This document shows, piece after piece, positions 1-8,000 of a stretch of 24,000 nucleotides of DNA. The DNA is taken from the NCBI GenBank assembly GCA_964611645.1, contig CAZTAO010000003.1, positions 95,184 through 119,183 on the forward strand, in the 5' to 3' direction. The translations under genes and the position numbers were made by a program. Position 1 is the stretch's first letter. Every line of letters starts with the position of its first letter. Under the pieces are notes generated by a model that saw only the letters and a list, made by a program, of their open reading frames with translations, was not told the DNA's origin and searched no databases. Source of the DNA: an uncultured bacterium (GTDB lineage: Bacteria > Armatimonadota > UBA5829).

Positions 1-2
1 AG

Positions 3-317
3 CTTGCGGGCTTTCTGTCCGACGAACTGACCAAGTACGCCAAGCAGTATGAGGTTGTCGAGAGCCTGTTGTTCACCCCCAATGTAATCCCCGAGCCAAT
101 GACCCCATTCAAGTCCATTCGGGGCCTGATGGACTACTACCTCACCGCTGCAGATACCGTCCTATGCCTTGTCTACTTCCGGGACCCCCAGTGCCTGATC
201 CGATCCGGCTATCTGGACGAGCAGGCGCTGCGCCTCGATGGTATAGAGTTCATCCTGAATGAGATGCGCGAGCAGTTGTTCGCCAGCACGCGCAGGCTGC
301 TGGAGGTGAGCTGTTGA
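3..317 (+). CDS. C-terminal part of an unknown protein whose start lies left of the window
   Basis: The frame of the 69..317 ORF is open back to base 3 (LAGFLSDELTKYAKQYEVVESLLFTPN...). The TTG start at 69 is probably artificial. The stop TGA at 315-317 overlaps the next TTG start. Confidence 0.6.
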   Translation, partial: LAGFLSDELTKYAKQYEVVESLLFTPNVIPEPMTPFKSIRGLMDYYLTAADTVLCLVYFRDPQCLIRSGYLDEQALRLDGIEFILNEMREQLFASTRRLLEVSC

Positions 318-1690
318 GCCGCCTGTCGGGCATTGTGTGCGTGATGGCCGCTTTCTGCCTGTGTTCTCAGGCAGGAGCGCAGGTTAGCGGTCCGCTCACG
401 CTTCGTCCTGCCGTCCCTGAAGACAATGTGGAGTCTGTCACGATGGAAGCTCCTCTGATAGAGGCAAACGACACCGTGTTCACCGCCCAGGGCGGCGTCC
501 GGTTCACCAGCGGGGAGAAGCGGGCAAGGGCCCAGAAGATAGCGTACAACACCGCCACCTCAACCGGGCAGATGCTCAATGCCAGGTTCACCACCTGCAA
601 CGAGGAGAACCCTCACTATTATCTCTCCGCCAGAAGCATCGTGCTTGGGGCCGGCAACTGGGTGAGCACACGAGGGGCCTCGCTGACTTTGTTCGGGGTG
701 AAAGTGATCACTCTTCCCATGCTCAGCTTCCGGGTTGGCAACAGGCAAGGTGGCAGCACGCTCCCCACTCCGGGTTACGACAGCAGAGACGGGATCACGC
801 TTGGGCATAGCTTTGTCCTGATGGACAGCCCCCGCAGCACGGCAGTCGCAGGCATCAAGCTCACCGCCAAACATGGCTACCAGCTTGAGATGACCGCTCA
901 GCACGGGCTGGACGGTCTCCTTTCCAGGCCGCCGGGCAGGCTGCTCAGATACGACTCGCTTCAGAATGAAGTCCGAGATGTTTCCGCGAAAGACGGGCCG
1001 TTGAGCTGCCTTGCAGATTTACACTCGTCCAGGCTAACGGCGTTCGGTTCACTATCTTTGCGTTCTCGGGCGACTGACTTGCACAACACCAGCCTGGTCT
1101 ACTACAAGCGCCCGGAGGTTGGTCTGTATTACGTTCCCAGGCATGTGAACCTCTGCGGAGCCGGGATGGATCCTCGTCTCCAGTTGCTGCCGGAGATTGT
1201 TGCCAGTTGGGGTAGATATGCTGAGATTCCTAACCCCTTCGGCACGGTGGGCAGGACAGGCGCATCGGTCTCACTTCCGGTCCGCGCGTTCAAGATGTCG
1301 CCGGATTCGGCTGTGCAACCGATACTGACCTATAGCTGGGCAGAGTACTCCACGGGGTCGACATATCGGGTCTTTGGTTGGGGCTTGGACTACAGCAAGA
1401 TTTTCAGAGACGGGTCGTTTGCCACTCTGCGCTACACCCAGAAGAATGACTCGGGCTTCACCCCATTTGAGTTCGACGATCTGGATTACAGCAAGGTGTT
1501 GGAGATCGGCGCCCAGTTGAGAAGGGGACGGCATACTTACGGCTTTGTGGGCAGTATGGATGCAAGCAGAGGCACACTCGAAGACTGGGAAGCAATCTAC
1601 GGCTACAGACTGGACTGCCTCGCCGGCGTCGTGTCCTGGAACGGCCGCTACAAGCAATTTCGATTCGGGGTGGACCTGCTGGGGTTGTAG
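314..1690 (+). CDS. LptD/OstA-like outer-membrane beta-barrel protein (putative)
   Basis: 458 aa with an N-terminal signal-like segment (MSRLSGIVCVMAAFCLCSQAGAQ). The OstA-like region 'EANDTVFTAQGGVRF...AQKIAYNTATSTGQMLNARFTTC...YYLSARSI' is followed by 'FGVKVITLPMLSFRVG' and strand-rich C-terminal sequence. GGAGG lies 7 nt before the TTG start. Confidence 0.6.
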   Translation: MSRLSGIVCVMAAFCLCSQAGAQVSGPLTLRPAVPEDNVESVTMEAPLIEANDTVFTAQGGVRFTSGEKRARAQKIAYNTATSTGQMLNARFTTCNEENPHYYLSARSIVLGAGNWVSTRGASLTLFGVKVITLPMLSFRVGNRQGGSTLPTPGYDSRDGITLGHSFVLMDSPRSTAVAGIKLTAKHGYQLEMTAQHGLDGLLSRPPGRLLRYDSLQNEVRDVSAKDGPLSCLADLHSSRLTAFGSLSLRSRATDLHNTSLVYYKRPEVGLYYVPRHVNLCGAGMDPRLQLLPEIVASWGRYAEIPNPFGTVGRTGASVSLPVRAFKMSPDSAVQPILTYSWAEYSTGSTYRVFGWGLDYSKIFRDGSFATLRYTQKNDSGFTPFEFDDLDYSKVLEIGAQLRRGRHTYGFVGSMDASRGTLEDWEAIYGYRLDCLAGVVSWNGRYKQFRFGVDLLGL

Positions 1691-1796
1691 TATCCCCACC
1701 GAGACACAACCCCCAACACCCAGCAGGCCGCGTTGCCAAAGGGCCTCTCGCTTGCTAGAATATGGTTGTTGATGAAAACCCCTTGGAGAGTTCTTC

Positions 1797-2246
1797 TTGA
1801 AGCATCGTCCCTCTTTTGATGAGACCTATATGGATGTGGTGGATGTTATCGCACGAAGGTCCACCTGCCTGCGGCGGCATGTCGGCGCGGTTGTGACCAT
1901 AGACCGCCGCATACTGTCGCACGGCTACAACGGCGTAGTAAGCGGCCGGGAGCACTGCTGCGAGACCGGTGTCTGCCTCAAAGACAAGGCCGGCAATGAA
2001 GATTTCAAGATCTGCGTGCATGCGGAGCAGAATGCCATCTGCCAGTGTGCCAAGCGGGGCCTGGCGGTGGAGGGGGCGACAGTATATGTGAACGCAGACG
2101 TGTGCGTTACCTGCGCCAAACTGCTGGTCAGTTCCGGCATTGCCAGGTGCGTGGTGCGGCGCGACAGAAAAGGCTCCGAAGACGGTTTGGATGTGCTTCG
2201 GCAGTCCGGGGTGGAAGTGATAGAGTGGCCCGATGGCTCAGCCTGA
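1797..2246 (+). CDS. deoxycytidylate (dCMP) deaminase family protein
   Basis: The zinc-deaminase motif 'CVHAEQNAI' and the 'CVTCAK' motif are present, and the N-terminal 'RSTCLRRHVGAVV' is typical of ComEB/dCMP deaminases. TTG start preceded by GGAGAG. Confidence 0.85.
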   Translation: MKHRPSFDETYMDVVDVIARRSTCLRRHVGAVVTIDRRILSHGYNGVVSGREHCCETGVCLKDKAGNEDFKICVHAEQNAICQCAKRGLAVEGATVYVNADVCVTCAKLLVSSGIARCVVRRDRKGSEDGLDVLRQSGVEVIEWPDGSA

Positions 2247-2922
2247 GATAAGGGCGTTCGTTTTTGACATAGGGGCCACCCTGGTCACAGGCCCGCCGGT
2301 CGCTCCCAACAAAGTCATAGCGGCACTGCTGCACGGGGTTACACCCAAGCAGGTCGCCTCCGTGATTATGACCTGTGACCTGCAGTCCTTCGCCCAGGCG
2401 ATATCGGCCCTGGAGGAGCGATTCGGCGCGATTGGTGAGTCCGAGCAGGCAGCAATCCGGGAGCTTTGGGATTCGCAATTGGGCGCGCCGGTTGCCATAG
2501 AGGGCGCGGTGGAGACTGTGCTGGCCCTCAAGCGCGAGGGTTTCAGGATAGGCCTGCTCTCAGACATCTGGACGCCATACTTCATGGGTGCATGCGAAGC
2601 GATACTCGAGGTAGTCGAGGCTGCGGATTGCGTCACCCTGAGCTGCCGCACCGGCCATCGCAAGCCTGAGCCCTTCAACTTCCGGACGGTTCTGTCCGGG
2701 TTGGGAGTGGAGCCGGGGGAGGCTGTGATGGTGGGCGACACATACGAGCATGACATCCACCCGGCGCTGGAAATGGGAATGCGGGCTGTGTGGGTCCTGT
2801 GCAGGCCCGACCGGGAAGCCGAGTCAGCCAGAGGCGTAATGGAAGGCAGCCTGCCAATGCCCACAAGGACCATCTTCGACATAACAGAACTAGCCGCGCC
2901 TGAAATCTGGCGCAGCCTTTAG
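2233..2922 (+). CDS. HAD superfamily hydrolase
   Basis: HAD motifs: 'FVFDIGATLVTG' (motif I-like), 'GLLSDIW' (motif II), 'HRKPEPFNF' (motif III) and 'VMVGDTYEHDIHPALEMGMRAVWV' (motif IV). Overlaps the 3' end of the upstream gene. Confidence 0.85.
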   Translation: MAQPEIRAFVFDIGATLVTGPPVAPNKVIAALLHGVTPKQVASVIMTCDLQSFAQAISALEERFGAIGESEQAAIRELWDSQLGAPVAIEGAVETVLALKREGFRIGLLSDIWTPYFMGACEAILEVVEAADCVTLSCRTGHRKPEPFNFRTVLSGLGVEPGEAVMVGDTYEHDIHPALEMGMRAVWVLCRPDREAESARGVMEGSLPMPTRTIFDITELAAPEIWRSL

Positions 2923-2930
2923 GAGAGAAC

Positions 2931-3545
2931 ATGCAGATCGAACGAGTTGAGCGCCATAGTCTGGATGAGTTGGTTGCGAATATGAGGAAGGTGGGGATGC
3001 TCACCGACCCCAGCGCGCGCGTGTATGAGAAGTGCGATGTGCAGGTGGTGACCTACCATACCGATGAGATTGCGCCTGCGCAGAGATACGTTCTCACCCA
3101 GGAGATAATGAAAGTCCGCAACCTCCGCTGGGCGCTTCGGGAGCACGGGGTAGACCTGTTCAAGCTGGACGGCTACGCCAGCATCTGGCTTCCCGGATAC
3201 GAGGAGCCCATAGACGTTCTCCCGCCGGTGATAGAAGAGTCCCGAGAAGCAGATGGCTCTGTTGTGAAGATACTCAACGACGGTATGCACCGGGTCTACC
3301 TCGCCCGGATGGAACGATGCCCGGTGCAGGTGGTCTATGTGACCGGTGTGCCCGAACAATACCCATACTATGCGTTTCCGCTTGTTGATGGCTGGAATGG
3401 CGTGGAGATAGTAAGCGAGCTTCCCGAGGGGTATATCAAGAAGTGGCACCGCATCAAGAACTACAAGTCCCTCTACCGGGACTTCAACACCGGTTTTACC
3501 AATGTCGGTGGGCCGCGAGGGAACTTTACCAATGCCGCAAAATGA
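2931..3545 (+). CDS. hypothetical protein with a ParB/sulfiredoxin-like DGxHR motif
   Basis: 204 aa. 'VVKILNDGMHRVYLARMERCPVQVVYVTG' resembles the DGxHR...A core of the ParB/Srx fold. Tightly linked to the flanking genes. Confidence 0.55.
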   Translation: MQIERVERHSLDELVANMRKVGMLTDPSARVYEKCDVQVVTYHTDEIAPAQRYVLTQEIMKVRNLRWALREHGVDLFKLDGYASIWLPGYEEPIDVLPPVIEESREADGSVVKILNDGMHRVYLARMERCPVQVVYVTGVPEQYPYYAFPLVDGWNGVEIVSELPEGYIKKWHRIKNYKSLYRDFNTGFTNVGGPRGNFTNAAK

Positions 3546-4989
3546 GAGGTCGGAGCTTGAGTTTGTCCCGCTGCACTTCGGAGACAAGCTGCACGTAGTC
3601 AACCCGCGCGCGCGGCTCGGGGTGCTGACGCTGTGGAGCAAGATTCCGTATGTGCTTGAGAAGATGGGTGAACTCGGTATCGACCTCGACCCCCACACCA
3701 GCAAGATAGCCGCAATAGGCACCCTCTACGGCAACGGCATTCCGCACCTGCTGCGAAACCTTCTGTACAATCCCCAGATCACCGGGCTGATAGTCTGCGG
3801 GGCGGACAGGTCCGGCTCGGCAGGCGAGCTTCAGGCGTTTTTCGAGAAAGGCCTTGAAGAAACGACTGTGCTCGGGGAGACGGTCAGTATGGTATGCGGA
3901 ACCAACAGGGTTATCGATGACCGCGTTACGCCGGACATGTTCAGCGTGAAGCCGGTCATAGTGAGTGTGGGCGACCTCAAGAGCGACGAGAGCCGTGGCA
4001 AGCTACGCGAAGCAATAGACTCCTGGCAGCCGGGATCCTATCTGAACCCCGATCGGACGGTTGTCGAACTCCCTAGGCCGGAACTGGTCTGTTTCCCCGG
4101 CGACCCTCGCAACCAGAACATATCCAAAGACTCCCCGCTGGACGCGTGGCGGGAACTGGTCTTCCGAATCTATCGCTTTGGCCACATGACCAAGCTGCGC
4201 AAAGGTGACAGGCAGGAGTTGCAGAACGTCCGCGTGGTTATCCGAGAGCCACGGCCGGACACCGCCGAACGGCTGCGGGAGTATGGTTTCGACCTGCACT
4301 CGCTTGAGGCCTATCAGAAGGACATGCTCGAGTCCGAGCTTCCGCCGGACCAGTCCTACACCTACGGCAACCGCATCCGATCATACTACGGCTTCGATGC
4401 CCTGGCTAAGTTCGCCGTGAGGCTGAAGTCCAATCCGCAGGACCGCGACTGCTATCTCTCCCTGTGGAACAGCTTCAAGGACATCGACGCCGACGACTCC
4501 CCCTGCCTGGTGTCCCTGTTCTTTCGAACATACGACGGCAGGCTGACTCTGACCGCCGTATACCGTACACACAACGCAGTCGACGCCTGGCTGAAGAACG
4601 CGTACGGGCTGATGAAGTGCCTCGAGGAAGTGTCTCGCGATTCGGGGATACCGATGGGCGAGCTCACCATGATCAGCCACTCCATCAGCATCGATCCATC
4701 CCGGTTCGATGTCGCCGAGCGCGTTGCGAAGTCCAGGGGCTTCGAGATAGACTTCGACCCCAACGGGCAGTTTGCGGTGAGCCTGGAGGAGGGGGAGATA
4801 GTTGCACGGCATCTGGACGATTCCGGGCGGGTGCTGGGCGAATATCGGTCAAAAAAGGCCGAGCGCATTCAGCACGAGATCGCCCGCGACTGCGCGATTT
4901 CCGATGTGAACCACGCTATGTATCTTGGCCGACAACTTGCCCGGGCGCAGGTGTGTTTAGAGACCGGCGAAGAGTTTGAGGAAAGCTGA
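3532..4989 (+). CDS. probable MtrA-like / thymidylate-synthase-like two-domain protein (DUF4346-like)
   Basis: N-terminal half: 'IAAIGTLYGNGIPHLLRNLLYNPQITGLIVCGADRSGSAGE' resembles the tetrahydromethanopterin S-methyltransferase subunit A core. C-terminal half: 'YGNRIRSYYGFDALAKFAVRLKSNPQDRDCYLSLWNS...PCLVSLFFRTYDGRLTLTAVYRTHNAVDAW' resembles the thymidylate synthase fold, including the PC motif. The ATG at 3532, with GAGGG upstream, is preferred over 3502. Confidence 0.6.
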   Translation: MPQNERSELEFVPLHFGDKLHVVNPRARLGVLTLWSKIPYVLEKMGELGIDLDPHTSKIAAIGTLYGNGIPHLLRNLLYNPQITGLIVCGADRSGSAGELQAFFEKGLEETTVLGETVSMVCGTNRVIDDRVTPDMFSVKPVIVSVGDLKSDESRGKLREAIDSWQPGSYLNPDRTVVELPRPELVCFPGDPRNQNISKDSPLDAWRELVFRIYRFGHMTKLRKGDRQELQNVRVVIREPRPDTAERLREYGFDLHSLEAYQKDMLESELPPDQSYTYGNRIRSYYGFDALAKFAVRLKSNPQDRDCYLSLWNSFKDIDADDSPCLVSLFFRTYDGRLTLTAVYRTHNAVDAWLKNAYGLMKCLEEVSRDSGIPMGELTMISHSISIDPSRFDVAERVAKSRGFEIDFDPNGQFAVSLEEGEIVARHLDDSGRVLGEYRSKKAERIQHEIARDCAISDVNHAMYLGRQLARAQVCLETGEEFEES

Positions 4990-4994
4990 GCGGT

Positions 4995-5942
4995 ATGACA
5001 GACAACGACCTAATCAGGCGCATCGAGTCGCTCAACAGGCGGCCGCTGAAGAACAAGCCCGAACCGGGGGAGGCAGTTTCGGGATTTCCGGAGCGGATGG
5101 AGGCTTCTTCTCTCTATCGAGGCCGCAGTGGTCGCTCCTCAAATCCCGAAACACCTGGGGATGGTGTTTCGGGACTTGAGCGGAGCGGAAGTCCCGAAAC
5201 ATCCCACGAACCTCCAGTGCTCAAGCTGGAGGAGACGATAGCGGGGGTGGTTACCGAGCCGAGGCCAGGCTGCTGCTACTACCACATCGAATGCCAGGCG
5301 GACTTGCCTGAGGTCTGCGCAGACATCATCCACGGCCGGTTCGTTCATCTTACCGGCCACCCGCACTCCGCCCCCATCGCCCCGCTTGCGGAGGGGTTCA
5401 GCTTGGAATCGCTGGACCCGACCAAAGTGGTGTTTATGGATATCGAGACCACCGGGCTAAGGGGCTGCCCGCTGTTTCTGATTGGCGCGATGCGATCCGA
5501 TGGTGAGAAGTTCATATTCAAGCAGTATTTTGCGCGTGACTACTGCGAAGAATCCGGCGTGATCGCGGCGTTTGCAGAGGACTTGCGCGATGTCGACCTG
5601 TTGGTGACTTTCAACGGGCTGAGGTTCGATATGCCGTTCATAGTGGGCCGAGGCTCGCATCACGGCATTCGCGTGCACTGCCACGGAGCGCACCTCGACC
5701 TCCTACTCGCCGCCAGAAAACATTACCGCAAAGAGACCCCCAACCACAAGCTCCAGACCCTGGAGCGGGTGATATGCGGTCGCGAGCGCGAGGGCGACAT
5801 CCCCGGCAGCCAGATTCCCCAGGCATACGATGACTACGTCTTCTCCGGCGACGCCTCCAGGATCACAACCATACTACACCACAACCGCCTGGATCTGCTC
5901 ACCCTGCCCGAACTGATGACCAGGATGTGGCGGGAAGAGTAG
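4995..5942 (+). CDS. ribonuclease H-like / YprB-type 3'-5' exonuclease domain protein
   Basis: 'VVFMDIETTGLRGCPLFLIG' (ExoI), 'LLVTFNGLRFDMPFI' (ExoII) and 'HHNRLDLLTLPEL' (ExoIII) are characteristic of the YprB/DEDD family. Confidence 0.8.
   Translation: MTDNDLIRRIESLNRRPLKNKPEPGEAVSGFPERMEASSLYRGRSGRSSNPETPGDGVSGLERSGSPETSHEPPVLKLEETIAGVVTEPRPGCCYYHIECQADLPEVCADIIHGRFVHLTGHPHSAPIAPLAEGFSLESLDPTKVVFMDIETTGLRGCPLFLIGAMRSDGEKFIFKQYFARDYCEESGVIAAFAEDLRDVDLLVTFNGLRFDMPFIVGRGSHHGIRVHCHGAHLDLLLAARKHYRKETPNHKLQTLERVICGREREGDIPGSQIPQAYDDYVFSGDASRITTILHHNRLDLLTLPELMTRMWREE
5076..5201. repeat. two related palindromic units inside the YprB-like ORF
   Basis: Inverted repeat 1: GTTTCGGGATTT (5076-5087) with AAATCCCGAAAC (5141-5152). 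Inverted repeat 2: TGTTTCGGGACTT (5165-5177) with AAGTCCCGAAACA (5189-5201). Both are perfect. Confidence 0.85.
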
Positions 5943-6041
5943 GGGAAGCACACCCGTAGCCCATAGGTCCCGTGTGTCTCATACGCCCCGTTGTTGTATA
6001 ACTATATGGTATATTCTTTTACATACATATCCAGAACGGGC

Positions 6042-7028
6042 CTATTGCCCGCCCCCTGCGACACCCGCTATCGCCGCAGCTATCTTCTCCGCCGTAGGCA
6101 TACATGCATCTTCTAGCACCCCGCTGAACGGCATGGGTATGTGTTCGGTTCCAAGCACCTTGGGCGGGGAGTCGAGGTAGTCGAAGCACTCCTCCGAAAC
6201 CCTCCGCACTATCTCGGCGCCAAAGCTCGACACGGGCGTGCATTCCTGCACCACCAGCAGCTTGCCTGTCTTCTTCACCGATTCGGCTATCAGCTCAAAA
6301 TCCAGCGGCACAAGGGTGCGCGGGTCTATGACTTCGACGCCTATCCCCGAACTCTGCCCCAACTCATCAGCCACCCGCAGCACGCTCTCCAGAAGGTAGG
6401 AGGTCGAGACTACGGTAACGTCCGCCCCCTCGCGCCGCACGATGCCTTTGCCGAACGGGATGGCGTAGTCCCCGTCCGGAACCTCTCCCTTGTTGGAATA
6501 GATGAACCGATGCTCGAGGAAGATCACCGGGTCGTCGTCCCGGATGGCGGTCTTCAGCAGGCCCTTGGCATCGTATGGCGTAGATGGCACAACTACCTTC
6601 AGCCCCGGGGTGTGCGCGAACCACGACTCCAGGCTCTGTGAGTGGTGCGCGGCTTCCCTGCTGCCGGACCCCTGCTCGCTGCGGATCACCATCGGCACAC
6701 ACACCGCCCCACCGGACATCAGCCTCAGCTTCGCGGCCTGGTTCACCACCTGGTCCCACGCGGTGGCGATGAAGTCGATGTACATAACTTCCACCACCGG
6801 CCTCAGCCCCGCAACAGCAGCGCCGACTGCCAAGCCAATAAACCCGCACTCCGATATCGGGGTCTGCCGAACCCGCATCTCTCCGAACTCCTCAAGCTGG
6901 CCCTGCTGGACCCCCCAGACTCCGCCGTATCGGCCTATATCCTCACCTATCTGGAACACCGACTGGTCGCGGCGCATCTCTTCCGCCAGGGCGTCTCGTA
7001 GGGCTTGTGTATAAGTTATTACTGCCAT
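6042..7028 (-). CDS. 2-oxoacid (pyruvate/acetoin-type) dehydrogenase E1 component, beta subunit
   Basis: 'ITYTQALRDALAEEMRRDQSVFQIGEDIGRYGGVWGVQQG...RVRQTPISECGFIGLAVGAAVAGLRPVVEVMYIDF' and the C-terminal transketolase domain are characteristic. Confidence 0.93.
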   Translation of the reverse strand: MAVITYTQALRDALAEEMRRDQSVFQIGEDIGRYGGVWGVQQGQLEEFGEMRVRQTPISECGFIGLAVGAAVAGLRPVVEVMYIDFIATAWDQVVNQAAKLRLMSGGAVCVPMVIRSEQGSGSREAAHHSQSLESWFAHTPGLKVVVPSTPYDAKGLLKTAIRDDDPVIFLEHRFIYSNKGEVPDGDYAIPFGKGIVRREGADVTVVSTSYLLESVLRVADELGQSSGIGVEVIDPRTLVPLDFELIAESVKKTGKLLVVQECTPVSSFGAEIVRRVSEECFDYLDSPPKVLGTEHIPMPFSGVLEDACMPTAEKIAAAIAGVAGGGQ

Positions 7029-7031
7029 CTT

Positions 7032-8000
7032 CTACAAACCTCCCAGGTGGTTTTCCGCTCGGAACTCGGCGACATCCGGCAGAGCGCTGGATTTGGCAAA
7101 CGCCTCAGCCTCATCAAGCTGCGCGCCAACCCTTTGGCGGACGTCTTTCAGCGCTTTGGCATTCGCCGCGCCGGAGTCCAACAGCCTCTTCTCAAAGGTG
7201 ACAATCGGGTCGTGCTCCCGCCAGTAGCTTTCCTCTTCGCGAGTTCGCAGCTTGCAGTCCTGCAGCACCATGCAGTGCCCCTCGTGCCGCAGGGTCTTGC
7301 ACTCCAGCAGCGTCGGCCCTTTGCCCGATCTCGCGCGCGCCACTGCTTTATCAGCCGCAGCCTTCACTTGCTCCACATCGTTGCCGTCCACGGTCACACC
7401 GGGAATCCCATACCCGGCCGCCCTGGCTGACACATCCGGCAAGGGCATCACGTCGCAGGACGGGGTTGTCGCGGCCCAGTGGTTGTTCTCGCACACGAAC
7501 ACAACCGGCAGACACCACAGCGCGGCCATGTTGATGCTCTCATGGAATGTGCCCTGGTTGGAGGCGCCATCGCCGAAGAAGCTGATTGTCACCTTACCAT
7601 CGTTCTTGTAGAGGCTCGAATAAGCGAGGCCGTTGGCCATTGGTATTCCGCCGCCGACTATCCCGTTGCCGCCCATATACCCGATTTCCGGCGCGAAGAT
7701 GTGCATAGACCCGCCCCGGCCCCGACTGTAGCCTGTCTCCTTGCCCAGCAGTTCCGCCATCACCCGCTTTGGCTCGCAGCCCTTGGCAATCGCGTGGCCG
7801 TGGCCCCGATGGGTGCTGACCACGTAGTCCCCAGGCTCCAGCGCCGCGCAGACACCCGCCGCACACGCCTCTTCGCCGATGTACAGATGCAATGCCCCGA
7901 CCAGCAGCCCCTGCCGGTGCAAGGCCTTGGCCCGCTCCTCAAACCCTCGGATCAGGAGCATTGTCTCCATTAGCTTCATTGAATCAGTCTGATTTTTCAC
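7032..8000 (-). CDS. 2-oxoacid (pyruvate/acetoin-type) dehydrogenase E1 component, alpha subunit
   Basis: TPP-binding 'GDGASNQGTFHESINMAALWCLPVVFVCENN' and 'YSRGRGGSMHIF' are present. The ORF track extends to 8105, but a GTG at 8000 gives a GTGA overlap with the upstream gene's stop. Confidence 0.92.
   Translation of the reverse strand: MKNQTDSMKLMETMLLIRGFEERAKALHRQGLLVGALHLYIGEEACAAGVCAALEPGDYVVSTHRGHGHAIAKGCEPKRVMAELLGKETGYSRGRGGSMHIFAPEIGYMGGNGIVGGGIPMANGLAYSSLYKNDGKVTISFFGDGASNQGTFHESINMAALWCLPVVFVCENNHWAATTPSCDVMPLPDVSARAAGYGIPGVTVDGNDVEQVKAAADKAVARARSGKGPTLLECKTLRHEGHCMVLQDCKLRTREEESYWREHDPIVTFEKRLLDSGAANAKALKDVRQRVGAQLDEAEAFAKSSALPDVAEFRAENHLGGL

Noticed and set aside
2919-3722. 267-aa minus-strand ORF
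   Set aside because: Antisense to the DGxHR protein and the TS-like gene, both of which have coherent motifs and overlapping gene structure.
2931-5942. Calling the dCMP deaminase/TS-like/exonuclease block an anti-phage defence system
   Set aside because: No recognised defence effector, restriction enzyme, reverse transcriptase or toxin is present. The sequence alone does not distinguish defence from metabolism, so only a neutral candidate cluster is reported.
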